A stretch of DNA of 64,000 nucleotides from Octopus vulgaris (GCA_951406725.2 OX597830.1:77686001-77750000); one strand, 5' to 3'; positions 43,410 to 57,989 are shown, numbered from the stretch's first letter. Notes: generated from the letters alone by a model not told the origin. A program made the numbers and translations.

Positions 43410-43999
43410 ATACATACATACATACATACATACATACATACATACATACATACATACATACATAATAATACATACATTCATACATACATGCATACATACA
43501 TTCATACATATATACATACATACATGCATACATAATACATACATACATACATACATTCATACATACATACATACATACATACATAATACATACATTCATA
43601 CATACATACATGCATACATACATACATTCATACATATATACATACATACGTGCATACATAATACATACATACATACATGCATACATACATACATACATAC
43701 ATGCATACATAATAATACATACATTCATACATACATACATACATGCATACATAATACATACATACATTCATACATATATACATACATTCATACATATATA
43801 CATACATTCATACATATATACATACATACATTCATACATATATACATACATTCATACATACATACATACATACATACATACATACATACATACATACATA
43901 CATACATAATACATACATACATGCATACATAATACATACATACATTCATACATACATACATACATACATACATACATACATACATACATACATACATAC
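43410..43999. repeat. (CATA)n microsatellite, ~590 bp
   Basis: Direct reading. Confidence 0.97.
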
Positions 44000-44332
44000 C
44001 TGTATGCATGTATGAACAGTGCTACTAAAACTTCAGTTACTCTCACCTGATTGTAAATTCACTTTACAAAGTTAGTGTTCGCAAGGGCGTACAGTATCCG
44101 GCTGATGAACATGTTACAAATTGTAAGCGGAGCAGTAAAACTATACAAGATATTTCTAAACTTCAATCTCTAATGTTTTATCTTTTCGGAAGAATTCAAA
44201 GAGTGCAAATGCGATAGAAGCAAGCATAGAATATAGATAATGAGATACGCTCAATCATAAAGTGCTATAGACAACCCATAGTTAAGTTCCAGATTCAGTA
44301 ATATTGCGAATAAAGGGTTTTTCTCTCACGCC

Positions 44333-44387
44333 GTCTCCGATGAAGGGATATTATTATTAATTAATATTCTAGAAACAGCTGTAAGAC
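44333..44387 (+). ncRNA. Minimal hammerhead ribozyme motif, variant core CCGATGA
   Basis: GTCT-CCGATGA-A-GGGATATTA...TAATATTCT-A-GAAA-CAGCTG-TA-AGAC: 4-bp stem I, 9-bp stem II (two G:U), palindromic stem III, GUA site. Confidence 0.75.
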
Positions 44388-44730
44388 CTATCTATAAATG
44401 CTCTAATGTCTATAAAGCCTTGGAATTTTTTTTTTTCTCATTACACAAAAAATTGATATATATATATATATATATAACACACACATATATATATACACAC
44501 ACACACATATATATACATATATGCATAAACAATTTTATAGATATTTTAGTCACTCGAATGTCTTGTTCGTGTACAAATCAACGTGTTTTAATGTAAGAAT
44601 ATACTTACGTGGTTTTAGGCTTCTACTACCCTTTTTAGCATGTAAGAATTCCACATGGCGATTTTCTCTTCATGTATGTCTCATAGACTATTATATACAT
44701 ATATACACACACAAATATATACATATATAC

Positions 44731-44854
<124 letters not shown>

Positions 44855-44906
44855 GCAATAATAAATCTCTGAACGAGATGTAAACAGTAACCGCTCGACA
44901 ATGTAA

Positions 44907-45050
44907 AGTATAATAGCCATCTCAATATGGCTAACCACAAAGTGTGGGTGTTACTGTAGCTTTTAGCCCCAGCTGGAGACGATGATCTCCTGGGGCTAAA
45001 AGTTACAGTAACACCCACCCTTTTGGTTAGCCATATTGAGATGGCTATTA

Positions 45051-45054
<4 letters not shown>
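44907..45054. repeat. Near-perfect hairpin with ~65-bp arms
   Basis: AGTATAATAGCCATCTCAATATGGCTAACC...TTTTAGCCCCAG / CTGGGGCTAAAA...GGTTAGCCATATTGAGATGGCTATTATACT. Confidence 0.92.
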
Positions 45055-45095
<41 letters not shown>

Positions 45096-45104
45096 TATAC
45101 ACAC

Positions 45105-45144
<40 letters not shown>

Positions 45145-45291
45145 ATGTATATATATATATATATACATAATACAGAAATACATAATCACAAATGTATATT
45201 CATGTCCCAACATGGGTTTGTATATGCAGATCTATTGAAATGACTATATACAGACTGACACACACGAACACATACACACACACATAAATAA

Positions 45292-45331
<40 letters not shown>

Positions 45332-45531
45332 ATTATCCACACACAAACGCTCACTCACATACACACACATATTGCATTATGTATTTTTATACATTTACAG
45401 TCATACATTTTTATAAGAATACCTATTACTTCAAGGAAAATGCCATTCCTTGTAGATATGTATTATATACCTATATAGATAATATACTATACATATATAA
45501 ATGTATATTTTGCATATTGTATATATAATAA

Positions 45532-45595
<64 letters not shown>

Positions 45596-45727
45596 GATAT
45601 ATACATATATATGTATGTATATACATAGATGTATGTTTATGTGTATATATATGTATGTATATATATATATATGTATATATGTGTGTATATATATATGTGT
45701 ATATATACGTATATAAGTATATATTTA

Positions 45728-45816
<89 letters not shown>

Positions 45817-46275
45817 GTATATATGTATAAATATGTGTATATATATCTGCGTGTGTATATATGAATATACATGTATATAGTATACAATATGATGATGTAT
45901 ACATGTCGAGGAAGAGTAGACACTCGCAGAAATACGTAGGCTGAAATAATTATATATATGAATACAAAGGTGTAAAATGTATATACGTATATATAACTAG
46001 TCTTACGCACACAGAAATATAAAGTGAATATACATGTGAATATATATATGTTAATACATCTTTAAATAGTTATGTATGAGTGATTATCAGAGCCCAAACA
46101 GAACCAACAAGACCATGGAATCAGATAGAAAGTGAAACGATCAAAAATATGGCGAAAATGATATTGTTTTCTATTTTAGATGTGATGGTGCGAGATTAAG
46201 ACACGTTGTATAAAGCAGGAGGGAATCAAGGATTTTTATTTGGTGGGGTGCCTATAAGTTTCGAAAAAATACTAT

Positions 46276-46985
46276 AGGCGCAGGAGTGACTGTGTGGTAA
46301 GTAGCTTGCTAACCAACCACATGGTTCCGGGTTCAGTCCCACTGCGTGGCATCTTGGGCAAGTGTCTTCTGATATAGCCCCGGGCCGACCAATGCCTTGT
46401 GAGTGGATTTGGTAGACGGAAACTGAAAGAAGCCTGTCATATATATGTATATATATATATAAGTGTGTGTGTATATGTTTGTGTGTCTGTGTTTGTCCCC
46501 CTAGAATTGTTTGACAACCGATGCTGGTGTGTTTATGTCCACGTCACTTAGCGGTTCGGCGAAAGAGACCGATAGAATAAGTACTGGGCTTACAAAGAAT
46601 AAGTCCCGGAGTAGAGTTGCTCGACTAAAGGCGGTGCTCCAGCATGGCCGCAGTCAACTGACTGAAACAAGTAAAAGAGTAAAGAGTAAAGAGATATCCG
46701 TCTCGCGAGAAGTACCGCTTATTTTTAGGCGCAGGAGTGGTTGTGTGGTAAAGTAGCTTCCTTATCAACCACATGGTTCCCGGTTCAGTCCCACTAAGTG
46801 GCATCTTAAGAAAGTGTCTAATTCTATAGCCTCGGGCCGACCAAAGCCTTGTGAGTGGATTTGGTAAACGGAAACTGAAAGAAGCCTGTCCGAACCGCTA
46901 AGTGACGGGGACGTAAACACATCAGCATCGGTTGTCAAGCAATGCTTGAAAGGACAAACACAGACACACACACACACACACACGT
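46276..46985 (+). mobile_element. SINE family A full copy (46276-46693) plus a second, internally inverted copy (46728-46985)
   Basis: Second copy switches orientation at ~46890. Confidence 0.85.
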
Positions 46986-47457
46986 ATTCTAACTTTGTTG
47001 AAGCAGAGCATACGGATACGAAACTATCGTGCTGTGTAAAGCTGCTGCAAATATAACTTGGTCCTGAATTTTTTGGTCTCGGTTCGGCTAGAAAGGTTGT
47101 TGCCCGGGCAAACACGGCAACGCACCTGCACCCGCCACTGGGGAGTTCGTGAATCTATCCACAGGAGAGTTCATATATGGCCTCTAGCCGTATTTACAAA
47201 TGGGCTAATATTTGTATTCGGACGAACGTATGCGAATACTTATAGAAATAGGTACGTGTATATATATATATATATATATACAGAGAAAATATGTTCGTAT
47301 ACTGGTATATGTACGCACACAAACACATTTACGTTTGTGCGTGTGTGCGTACATATATATGTGTGTATGTGTATGTGTGTGTGTGTATGTGTAAGTGTAT
47401 GTTTGTACATGTACAAGCGTACTTATATGTATGTACTATCCCAAAACACACACAGAC

Positions 47458-47493
<36 letters not shown>

Positions 47494-47665
47494 GCATGCA
47501 TATAGACACGTATATCTATCTGTTTACATACACGCACATACAAATATGTATTTGAATATATATATATATATATAACTTGTTAGTTATAATTATAAATTAT
47601 ACATATATACATATATATATGTTTATACACACACATGTATATATATATATGTGCACACACATATA

Positions 47666-47876
47666 CAGGGTGCGGCAGTAATACATCCCACATTTTAAAC
47701 TTTCACCTATGTGTTGCTAATGAACTTATGCAAATGCCAATGATGTTTTCATTTAGCTAATGAACAAACACTGTAACCCTTTGTTTAAACAACAGTAAAA
47801 TTAATTTTTCCTAAATGTTGTTTCTTTTTCCTTTTATCAACCTTTCAAATGTGGAAGGTATTTCTGCCATACCCTG
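47666..47876. mobile_element. Tc1/mariner-type MITE
   Basis: TA|CAGGGTGCGGCAGTAATACATCCCACATTT ... AAATGTGGAAGGTATTTCTGCCATACCCTG|TA; ~33-bp imperfect TIRs, TA TSD. Confidence 0.8.
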
Positions 47877-47961
47877 TATATATAAATTTTTACACAAACA
47901 CAAACACATATACATGTATGTATATGAACTAACGCGCGAAATATGTCTATATATACACGCA

Positions 47962-48160
47962 TATATATAGTTACATATATGTAACATATATGTTACATAT
48001 ATATAGTTACATATATATAACTATATAGTTACATATATATAGTTACATATATGTAACATATATGTTACATATATATAGTTACATATATATAACTATATAG
48101 TTACATATATATAGTTACATATATATAACTATATAGTTACATATATATAGTTACATATAT
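47962..48160. repeat. Compound minisatellite of ATAGTTACATATAT units and inverted variants
   Basis: GTTACATATAT and ATATGTAAC/ATATATAACTAT units alternate. Confidence 0.85.
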
Positions 48161-48801
48161 GTTTAATCATGTATAGATATACAGGTGTATATATGTAGAT
48201 TGAGACTGACACCTGTTGATACACATATAGAGACATACACCGATACACAGCTACACACAAACACACACATACATAGAGACACACAATTATGTCGAAGTTT
48301 AGGTTTAATTTTTTTTAATTTGGTTCGCAAAAATCTTGATGTAAATTGGCGTGTTGAAAACATTATTGGTGCTATAACCATCTCAAGACAATACGATGAG
48401 ATGTTTTCAAGAAATAACTTTATCCCATGACTACACCAGGGCAAAACAAATCCAAAAAGGACAGCAATAAGACAGTCGCTGCTTCACCGATCCCTATATG
48501 AACACAAATATAGTTCTTTACCAAATAAATTTCACTTCATATTCGAGAAATCTATAAGGTGTTGTTTGAGGCACTCACCAATGAGAGACTGTTTCTTATA
48601 TGGTAGGAGCAGGTGCAAACTTATAAAGTTCATAACATTTCTACCTTTGTCATCGCTCTTTCTTACACAAATATATATATATATATACCCCGATAAATAA
48701 ATGTATATTCATATGTATATTCATATATATATATATATATATATATACATGCAAAAATGTATACACATATATACCCATATACTCTCATTAGCTTCCACGG
48801 T

Positions 48802-48857
<56 letters not shown>

Positions 48858-48896
48858 TAAATAGATAGATACATAGATAGATAGATAGATAGATAC

Positions 48897-48943
<47 letters not shown>

Positions 48944-49296
48944 CATACACACGCTCCTACATACGTACACACATACATACATACATACATACATACATAC
49001 ATACATACATACATACATACATACATACATAAATACATGAACGCACAACCAGACTTTCTTTGGATTATTTCCGGTATTTTTTATAACGTTATAACATCAG
49101 ACGTTATAGAAATTTTCCTTTCTAGATTTTATCATGAAATTGTAATCTTTTTCTCAAAATGTATATCAGTAGAACGTTTTTTTCTTTAAGAAAATATGTA
49201 TTTTAAAGAGATTTATGAGGAAACACAGTCGAATAGGGCATATGTATGTCTCTCTACCATTCCTCTCTCTCTCTCTATTTCACTATATATGTGTGC

Positions 49297-49343
<47 letters not shown>

Positions 49344-49555
49344 AACATATTCAGTCCCCTTTCACTCTCTCTCTCTCTCTCTCTCGCTCTCTGAATATAT
49401 ATTTATGGATATTTATGTATATGGATATACACATAGTAAATTGTAGAGAAATAGACACAATGCATTGCTTGCACTTGGAAACGAACCAACGACATTATGA
49501 TCGGTAGAACAGCACATTCTTCATGACTACACGACACTCTCGTATCTTATCTATG

Positions 49556-49637
<82 letters not shown>

Positions 49638-49666
49638 CTAGCCCTCTGTCTCACCTTTCTCTCTCA

Positions 49667-49774
<108 letters not shown>

Positions 49775-49809
49775 TATAGATATATACATATATACATATA
49801 TATATGTAC

Positions 49810-49871
<62 letters not shown>

Positions 49872-49972
49872 GTACATATATATAAATACATACATATATC
49901 GATTCAATAGTTAGAGGCATAGGCAGGGAGAAAGGGGGACACTCGTCGACACAACACACACACACACACACA

Positions 49973-50040
<68 letters not shown>

Positions 50041-50116
50041 GGTGTATCCTGGGAGGGTAATTTTGTGAATATGAAAGTCACGAACCGGTTCTATTTCACT
50101 TCTTTTATTCCTTTAC

Positions 50117-50179
<63 letters not shown>

Positions 50180-51016
50180 ACCTGCTGAAGTCGATTTTTG
50201 CCTTTTATCCATCCCCTTCGGATCGATAATATAACTGGTCATTGATTACTAGGGTCAATATATGAGGGGATGCTGAAAAGTTCTAGGGTTTTAAGGGTAT
50301 CGCGAAAGGCCTGGCTGTTGGCCCCAGCCTTCCGAGTTCTTTCAGAAGGCTTACAAAACCCGAAGGACCGCTGCAGTAAGTGCGCTGAACCTGAGATGGG
50401 AATATGTTAAATAATATCATAATCAATTGTTAGCACGCCGGGTGAAATGCTTTGTTGTATTTCGTCCGCCGCTGTGTTCTGAGTTCAAATTCCGCCGAGG
50501 TCGACTTTGCCTTTCATTCTTTCGGGGTCGATAAATTAAGCACTAGTTGTGTGTGTACTGGGGTCGATCTAATCGACTGGCCTCCTTCCCCAAAAGTTCG
50601 GCCTTGTGCCTAGAGTAGAAAAGAATATCATAATTAATTGATCCTGCTCTTACCCAAAGCAACCTTTCGGCACCTCTTCGTTATCGAATAACCCACTTCC
50701 GTAACATTTGAGGCCCTGTAGTATAGCCCTACAATTTTTTCCTATGGACCCCTTTATCTCCTGTTTTATTCAGGAGGTCTCTCATAACCAGTGAATGTTT
50801 GAAAAATACTATTATTTTTTTTTATATATATAATTGAATATTCCTAGAATTTGTATAAAGAATATTGCAGAAATATTTGGGGTATTTTAGAAGCAAAATC
50901 AATATATTGCACACAAACTTTAAGAGCAAAATCTCATGTGGACCCTAATGGACATACGGACCCCGGGAGAGAACCATTGTAATAGTAGAAAAAGCATTAG
51001 TGTTGTTATTGTTTAA

Positions 51017-51324
51017 CAAGGTAATCGAGTAACCAGTTGATTAATCAAAATCTCGATTATTCGTTCGAGCAATCAATCAATCAGTCGGTTTTTCAAGCAT
51101 TTCGTGACCATTTCCCGACTCATCATTGACGTACCCTCATTTGCTCACGTCTTCCATGGAGCGGTGAAGCCATGTCATCGACGAGGGAGGATTGAGGTCA
51201 TGCCATTGACGAGGGAGGGTTTCGCGCTGAAAATACCCTCTGCAAAAGTTAGGTGGTTGATTGATTGGTCAAACTATTAATAGTAAAGCAATTCATTGAT
51301 CATTTTGGCTGATTGATTACCTTG
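51017..51324. mobile_element. MITE with long imperfect TIRs and TTAA flanks
   Basis: TTAA|CAAGGTAATC ... GATTACCTTG|TTAA; inverted similarity continues ~70 bp (CAATCAATCAATCA / TGGTTGATTGATTG). Confidence 0.7.
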
Positions 51325-52158
51325 TTAACTAATAATAACAACAAAATAATTATACCGTCCACATCAACACCGCCGCAACCACCATCAACAAACACAAGAA
51401 AAAAAAACTACGCTACTCTTAACAATAATAATGATTTCGGTTTTTATCACAAGGCCATCCATTTCTGGGAAGGGGATAAGACGGTCACATCGACCCCAGT
51501 ACTCAACTGGTACTTATTCTATTGACCCCGAAGGATGAAAGTCGAAGCCGATCTCAGCAGAATATGAACTCAGTGCATTAGGAGAGACGAAATGCGGCTA
51601 AGCATTTCGCTTGGCGTGCTTCAAATTCTGCCGGCTTGCCGAATGATATAAGTGAGATAAAAAGAAGTACATGTACTTTTTGTTAGAAAAATGAGGTTTT
51701 CAAGATACACTTGTTCCTCTACAAGTTTTTACATACAGAAACTGCCAATTCAAATATAAAAAAAAACATTACGTATATATCAATGAAGAGAGAGAGAGTG
51801 AGAAAGAGGTGTGTGTGTGTGTGTAGTGAGGACACCTGGTTTAGTGGTTAGGGGGTTTCATTCACGATCTAGCGATCGCTAACAAATTGTGATTCTGGTT
51901 TCTAATACCGGGTGGAGCATTAAGACCTTGAAGAAAAACGCTTCATCTCACGTAGCTGAGTGATCACTTCGACACCTGACCCGTGGTACACAGTGCGATT
52001 TTTCAGACAACGTCGATTTGATGGAGAGAGAGAGAGAGAAAGACACAGCTAATATGTAACACGAACAGTTGATCACGATAAACAAATCAGTTGTGCAGAT
52101 CGTTCGGCAGAAGCTTAAGACACATACGTCGTTTTCGACGAGAGAGAGCCCATCGTCA

Positions 52159-52204
<46 letters not shown>

Positions 52205-52207
<3 letters not shown>

Positions 52208-52600
52208 CGCAGGAGTGGCTGTGTGGTAAGTAGCTTGCTAACCAACCACATGGTTCCGGGTTCAGTCCCACTGCGTGGCCTCTTGGGCAAGTGTCTTCTG
52301 CTATAGCCCCGGGCCGACCAAAGCCTTGTGAGTGGATTTGGTAGACGGAAACTGAAAGAAGCCTGTCGTATATATGTATATATGTGTGTGTGTGTGTGTT
52401 TGTCCCCCTAGCATTGCTTGACAACCGATGCTGGTGTGTTTACGTCCTCGTCACGTAGCGGTTCGGCAAAAGAGACCGGTAGAATAAGTACTGGGCTTAC
52501 AAAGAATAAGTCCCGGGGTCGACTTGCTCGACTAAAGGTGGTGCTCCAGCATGGCCGCAGTCAAATGACTGAAACAAGTAGAAGAAAGAAAAAAAAAGAA
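52205..52600 (+). mobile_element. SINE family A
   Basis: Full-length match. Confidence 0.9.
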
Positions 52601-52709
52601 TATATATATATATATGCGTGTGTGTATGTGTATATGTATATATATATATATATACGTTACAGGTGGTGCACCAGCAAAAGATAAAAGATGCATACATACA
52701 TGCATACAT

Positions 52710-52743
<34 letters not shown>

Positions 52744-52861
52744 TAAAATTATAAAATAATAAATATAAATGTAAATATAAATTAACCATTATGGTATTTT
52801 TATAATACTGGCCACCGATGAATCATCAAATGGTTTTATCCTAAGTATATATATGTATGTA

Positions 52862-52917
<56 letters not shown>

Positions 52918-53144
52918 GACTATCCAGCCACCATATCCCTGAAACGGGTACACACGCGCGCACGAGTACACACACACACTCATACAAGCGCATAAATATT
53001 TTATATAAATAGAAATATATATTTATATATCTCTGTGCTGTATCAATGCATATGTGTTGCATCTTTCTATATATATATATACACATATATTACAGGTGGT
53101 GCACCAGTAAACGTACGTACATACATACATACATACATATACAT

Positions 53145-53204
<60 letters not shown>

Positions 53205-53331
53205 GTATATATATGTATATATGTATATGTATATATATGGATCTCCATGAATCGAACTTTCTTCAATGCAGCTAATCTTACAACCTCTTTTGTATCTACC
53301 CCTTTTGATGTTTGGGAATTCTCTGATGTTT

Positions 53332-53419
53332 TTTCGGCTGACGAGTACGAGCCATCTGTATTCACTGCATTTTTTGTAGCTTATTAAAGATGTCCTCGTA
53401 CGAAACGATCGTACCGAGA
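53332..53419 (+). ncRNA. Type I hammerhead ribozyme motif, canonical core
   Basis: Stem I TTTCGG(53332-37)/CCGAGA(53414-19); core CTGACGA 53338-44; stem II GTACGAG(53345-51)/CTCGTAC(53395-401); GAAA 53402-05; palindromic stem III CGATCG; GUA cleavage triplet, cut predicted after 53413. Lies in a ~210-bp insert flanked by (TA)n. Confidence 0.88.
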
Positions 53420-53445
53420 TTTTAATCCATTCTTGTTGCTTTTTT

Positions 53446-53482
<37 letters not shown>

Positions 53483-53490
53483 GTGTGTGT

Positions 53491-53536
<46 letters not shown>

Positions 53537-53762
53537 TTTAGATTCAGATGAATATGGTTCTTAAGTTGTCACCAGAATTTAGAGTGGTATTCTCCATACA
53601 ATTTCAAAATAAGGTGATTAAAATCAAAATAAGCAACAAGGATATCCAGAGGTAATGCAGCCTGTGGATAGTCATGTGGCTTATTTTGATATCTATATAT
53701 GTATATATATATATAATGTATACATATACAGATATATATATACACGTCTATGCATATATATG

Positions 53763-53836
<74 letters not shown>

Positions 53837-53966
53837 TGCATAAGTATATCTATCTATATAATATCATATTTAAATAAGCAAAGCTTTATGAGTCATGTTG
53901 TTGAATGGAGCAATATAAAAACAACTGCACTCCGTGAGGGTGTGTATAATTATATATATATATATA

Positions 53967-54015
<49 letters not shown>

Positions 54016-54057
54016 ATATATAGACACACACAAACAAACTTATATATAAACAGACAC

Positions 54058-54096
<39 letters not shown>

Positions 54097-54404
54097 CAAA
54101 ATCATTAATATATACATATATATATAAGTATATACGTATATAAATGTAGGTGTGTATATGCATGTATAATTCATATATTTATTTGAAAATGTTAGGCCTA
54201 TGTATTTACATTCATTAGAATGAAACAATTTGAATATATTTATATATATATATATATATATGTGAGTGTGTCTATTTCCGGTATGCATATATGTATATGC
54301 ATAATCAAGAGTACAGATAAACATCAATACGTGGACGTACACAAATATTTATAATACATAACATATATATTGCATATCTTCTATATCTAAAAATCCAATC
54401 TATA

Positions 54405-54451
<47 letters not shown>

Positions 54452-54465
54452 CGTGTATCTAAAGA

Positions 54466-54551
<86 letters not shown>

Positions 54552-54896
54552 TATTTGTGTATGTATATGTATGTGTGTATATATACAGGAGCAGGATTGG
54601 CTGTGTGGTAAGAACCTTGCTTTTCCAATCACAGGATTTGTGGGTGGATTTGGTTGGACGGAAACCGAAAGAAGCCCATCGTATATTCGTATATATATAT
54701 ATAAATAATTGAGATTTAGTTGAATTACCAAGTCAGTGCGGTATTATCCGTACAGCTCAAAGTAAGGTGAATAAATTCAAAATAAGCAACTACAATAGCG
54801 ACAACATGGATTTTTTCTATCTTCTTTCTCTAATAGAGTATTTCAATAATGTTATATTAATGTGTCCGACTATTTAAAATAAGTAACATATTCATC

Positions 54897-54940
<44 letters not shown>

Positions 54941-54943
<3 letters not shown>

Positions 54944-55070
54944 CCAACCACATGGTTCCGGGTTCAGTCCCACTGCGTGGCATCTTGGGCAAGTGTTTTC
55001 TGCTATAGCCCTGGGCCGACCAATTCCTTGTGAGTGGATTTGGTAGACGGAAACTGAAAGAAGACTGTCG

Positions 55071-55103
<33 letters not shown>

Positions 55104-55519
55104 TTGTGTGTCTGTGTTTGTCCCCCTAGCATTGCTTGACAACCGATGCTGGTGTGTTTACGTCCCCGTCACTTAGCGGTTCGGCAAAAGAGACCGATAG
55201 AATAAGTACTGGGCTTACAAAAGAATAAGTCCCGGGGTCGAGTTGCTCGATTAAAGGTGGTGCTCCAGCATGGCCGCAGTGAAAAGACCGAAACAAGTAA
55301 AAGAACGAAGGAACATGTCTGTGTATACTCTTTACTCTTTTACTTGTTTCAGTCATTTGACTGTATGTATGCCTTTAATCGAGCAACTCGATACTTATTC
55401 TTTGTAAGCCCATACTTATTCTATCGGTTTCTTTTTTTTGCCGAACCGCTAAGTAACGATGGGACATAAACACACCAGCATCGGTTGTCAAGCATATGCT
55501 AGGGGGACATAGACACACA

Positions 55520-55554
<35 letters not shown>

Positions 55555-55716
55555 CGACAGGCTTCTTTCATTTCCGTCTACCAAATCCACTCACAAGGCT
55601 TTGGTCGGCCCGGGACTATAGCAGAAGGCACTTGCCCAAGGTGCCACGCAGTGGGACTGAACCTGAACCATGTGGTTGGTAAGCAAGCTACTTACCACAT
55701 AGCCACTCCTGCGCCT
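54941..55716. mobile_element. Tail-to-tail inverted pair of SINE family A
   Basis: + copy 54941-55304 and - copy 55327-55716, ~22-bp spacer. Confidence 0.9.
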
Positions 55717-55940
55717 ATATATATATATATATATATATAATCAAAATATGCAACAAGGAAGTCCAAAGGTACTGCATTACCTTTGGATATCCTTGTTGCT
55801 TATTTTGTTTATAATCGCCCCATTTTGAATTATATGGATAATACCATATCAAATTCTGGTGCCTTTAACTAGAGTAGCATATTCAACTGAATCTAAATTA
55901 GATTCTTACTGAACTTATATATATATATATATATATATAC

Positions 55941-55972
<32 letters not shown>

Positions 55973-56044
55973 ATATATGTATATATATGTATATATATAT
56001 ATATATATATACATATATATACATACATACATATATATATATAA

Positions 56045-56078
<34 letters not shown>

Positions 56079-56664
56079 ATAATTATATACACACACGCGC
56101 ACACGCGTACACGCCCATAAATTATACAGATATACGTAAATAGAAATTGAAATTTACTAACATCTAAGCAGCCTCCTAAATATTGGTTTTCTCATCAAAG
56201 CATTTCAAAATTTGATTCCGTCATATCTACCGAAGTATGTATTTCAATGATTACAGCTGACATACAGGGTATATATTACGCACAGAGAACAAGATCTTTT
56301 TTTGTTTTGGTTTTTGTTATTTTTTTCTTTTGTCTTTTTGTTTTTCGTTCTTGTTTCAATTATTAGAACGAGGTCGTGTTGGGACACCGCCCTTAAAGAC
56401 TTTTTTTTTGTTGTTTTTTTTTTTTTGCTTTTTTATATTTATAATCTCATAAAATCGAGCCTAGTATCACGTTTTCCTTTGAAGTCTGGTACTTATATCA
56501 TCAGTGTCTTCTACCGAGCCGGTCTGGTACTGGGAGATAAACAAAACAACACCGGTTCTGAAACAATGAGTGTGTGACAAAAACAGACAGACTTACACAC
56601 ATACTAGGGTGTGCATACAGAGACACCCACGCACGCAAACATACACAAATACATACACGTTCTG

Positions 56665-56695
<31 letters not shown>

Positions 56696-57018
56696 GTATA
56701 TACATATATATATGTTGTGTGTGTATGTATGTATATATATATATATATATATATACACATACACATAGTTATATGCAATATATATATGTATATATATATA
56801 AGTATATATATATAAGTATATATATGTTTATATATATATATGTATGCATATATAAGCATATTTATACATATATATATATATATGTTTATATATATATGCA
56901 TGTATATATAAGCATATAGATATATAAGATATATGTATATATGAATATATACATATATATATCCATGACACCTTGGGCAAGTGTCTTCTACTATAGTCTC
57001 GGGCCAACCAAAGCCAGT

Positions 57019-57121
<103 letters not shown>

Positions 57122-57191
57122 GTATATATATGTATATATATATATGTATATATATGCATATATACATATATGTATACAAATATATATGTAT

Positions 57192-57229
<38 letters not shown>

Positions 57230-57306
57230 TACGCTATCAACCAGAGTATCGGTTGTGATACACCGCTCACCACAATGCATTTACTCGTATTGTTTCATCT
57301 TTCACA

Positions 57307-57343
<37 letters not shown>

Positions 57344-57547
57344 ATGTGTGTGCCATGGGTTTCCATAAGCGCCGTGGAAATGAACCCAAGATCAGGCGGC
57401 TGCGAAGTGGGATTCTTAACCAGGCACCCATGCCTCCGTCTAATCCGTTCGTCTGTCCTTGTTTGTCCCCTCTATGTTTAGCCAATATGTGCGCAATATA
57501 AAAAAAAAGTATATATATATATATAAACAGATAATATTCGTATCAAC

Positions 57548-57875
57548 CAGGGGTTCTCAACCGGACTCTACATGGTCCCTGAGGGTCCCTTAATATTGTT
57601 CGGGGTCCACACAACAGAATAATAAATTGGGGATCCACTGTAGCACTTGCTTTAAGGGCCTCTTAAAAAAATGTTGCTTTTGATGTATGTGTTAGTATGT
57701 ATTGTAAGTAACAGCTAGCTTTTTTTCCTCTGACATTTTACATAGCTCAACATACACAAGTAAATGTGTGAAAAACAAAAATAGGAATTTTGAAAGAAGT
57801 TACTACTAAATGAGTGTGCTCCGGAATAGAATAGTAATAAGATGGATCCTTGTGTAAAAAATGGTTGAGACCCTG
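57548..57875. mobile_element. hAT (Charlie-like) MITE; related decayed copy at ~50716-50980
   Basis: CAGGGGTTCTCAACC ... GGTTGAGACCCTG ends; 8-bp flanks GTATCAAC / GTATAGAC (6/8 match). Confidence 0.7.
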
Positions 57876-57989
57876 GTATAGACAGATGATATTTAAGACA
57901 AATTTCGCTGTTACATCTTTCAGATAGTATCGTAAGTTGTATGATAAATGCGCGAGTTATTTCTAGGAACGGCCACGAGAAATTGTTTA

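Noticed and set aside
47869-47880. TACCCTGTA resembling the miR-10/miR-993 5' end (also reverse at ~56263 and partial at ~58924)
   Set aside because: The match stops after 8-9 nt; the 47869 site is a MITE TIR; no mature miR-10 or miR-993 sequence or hairpin found.
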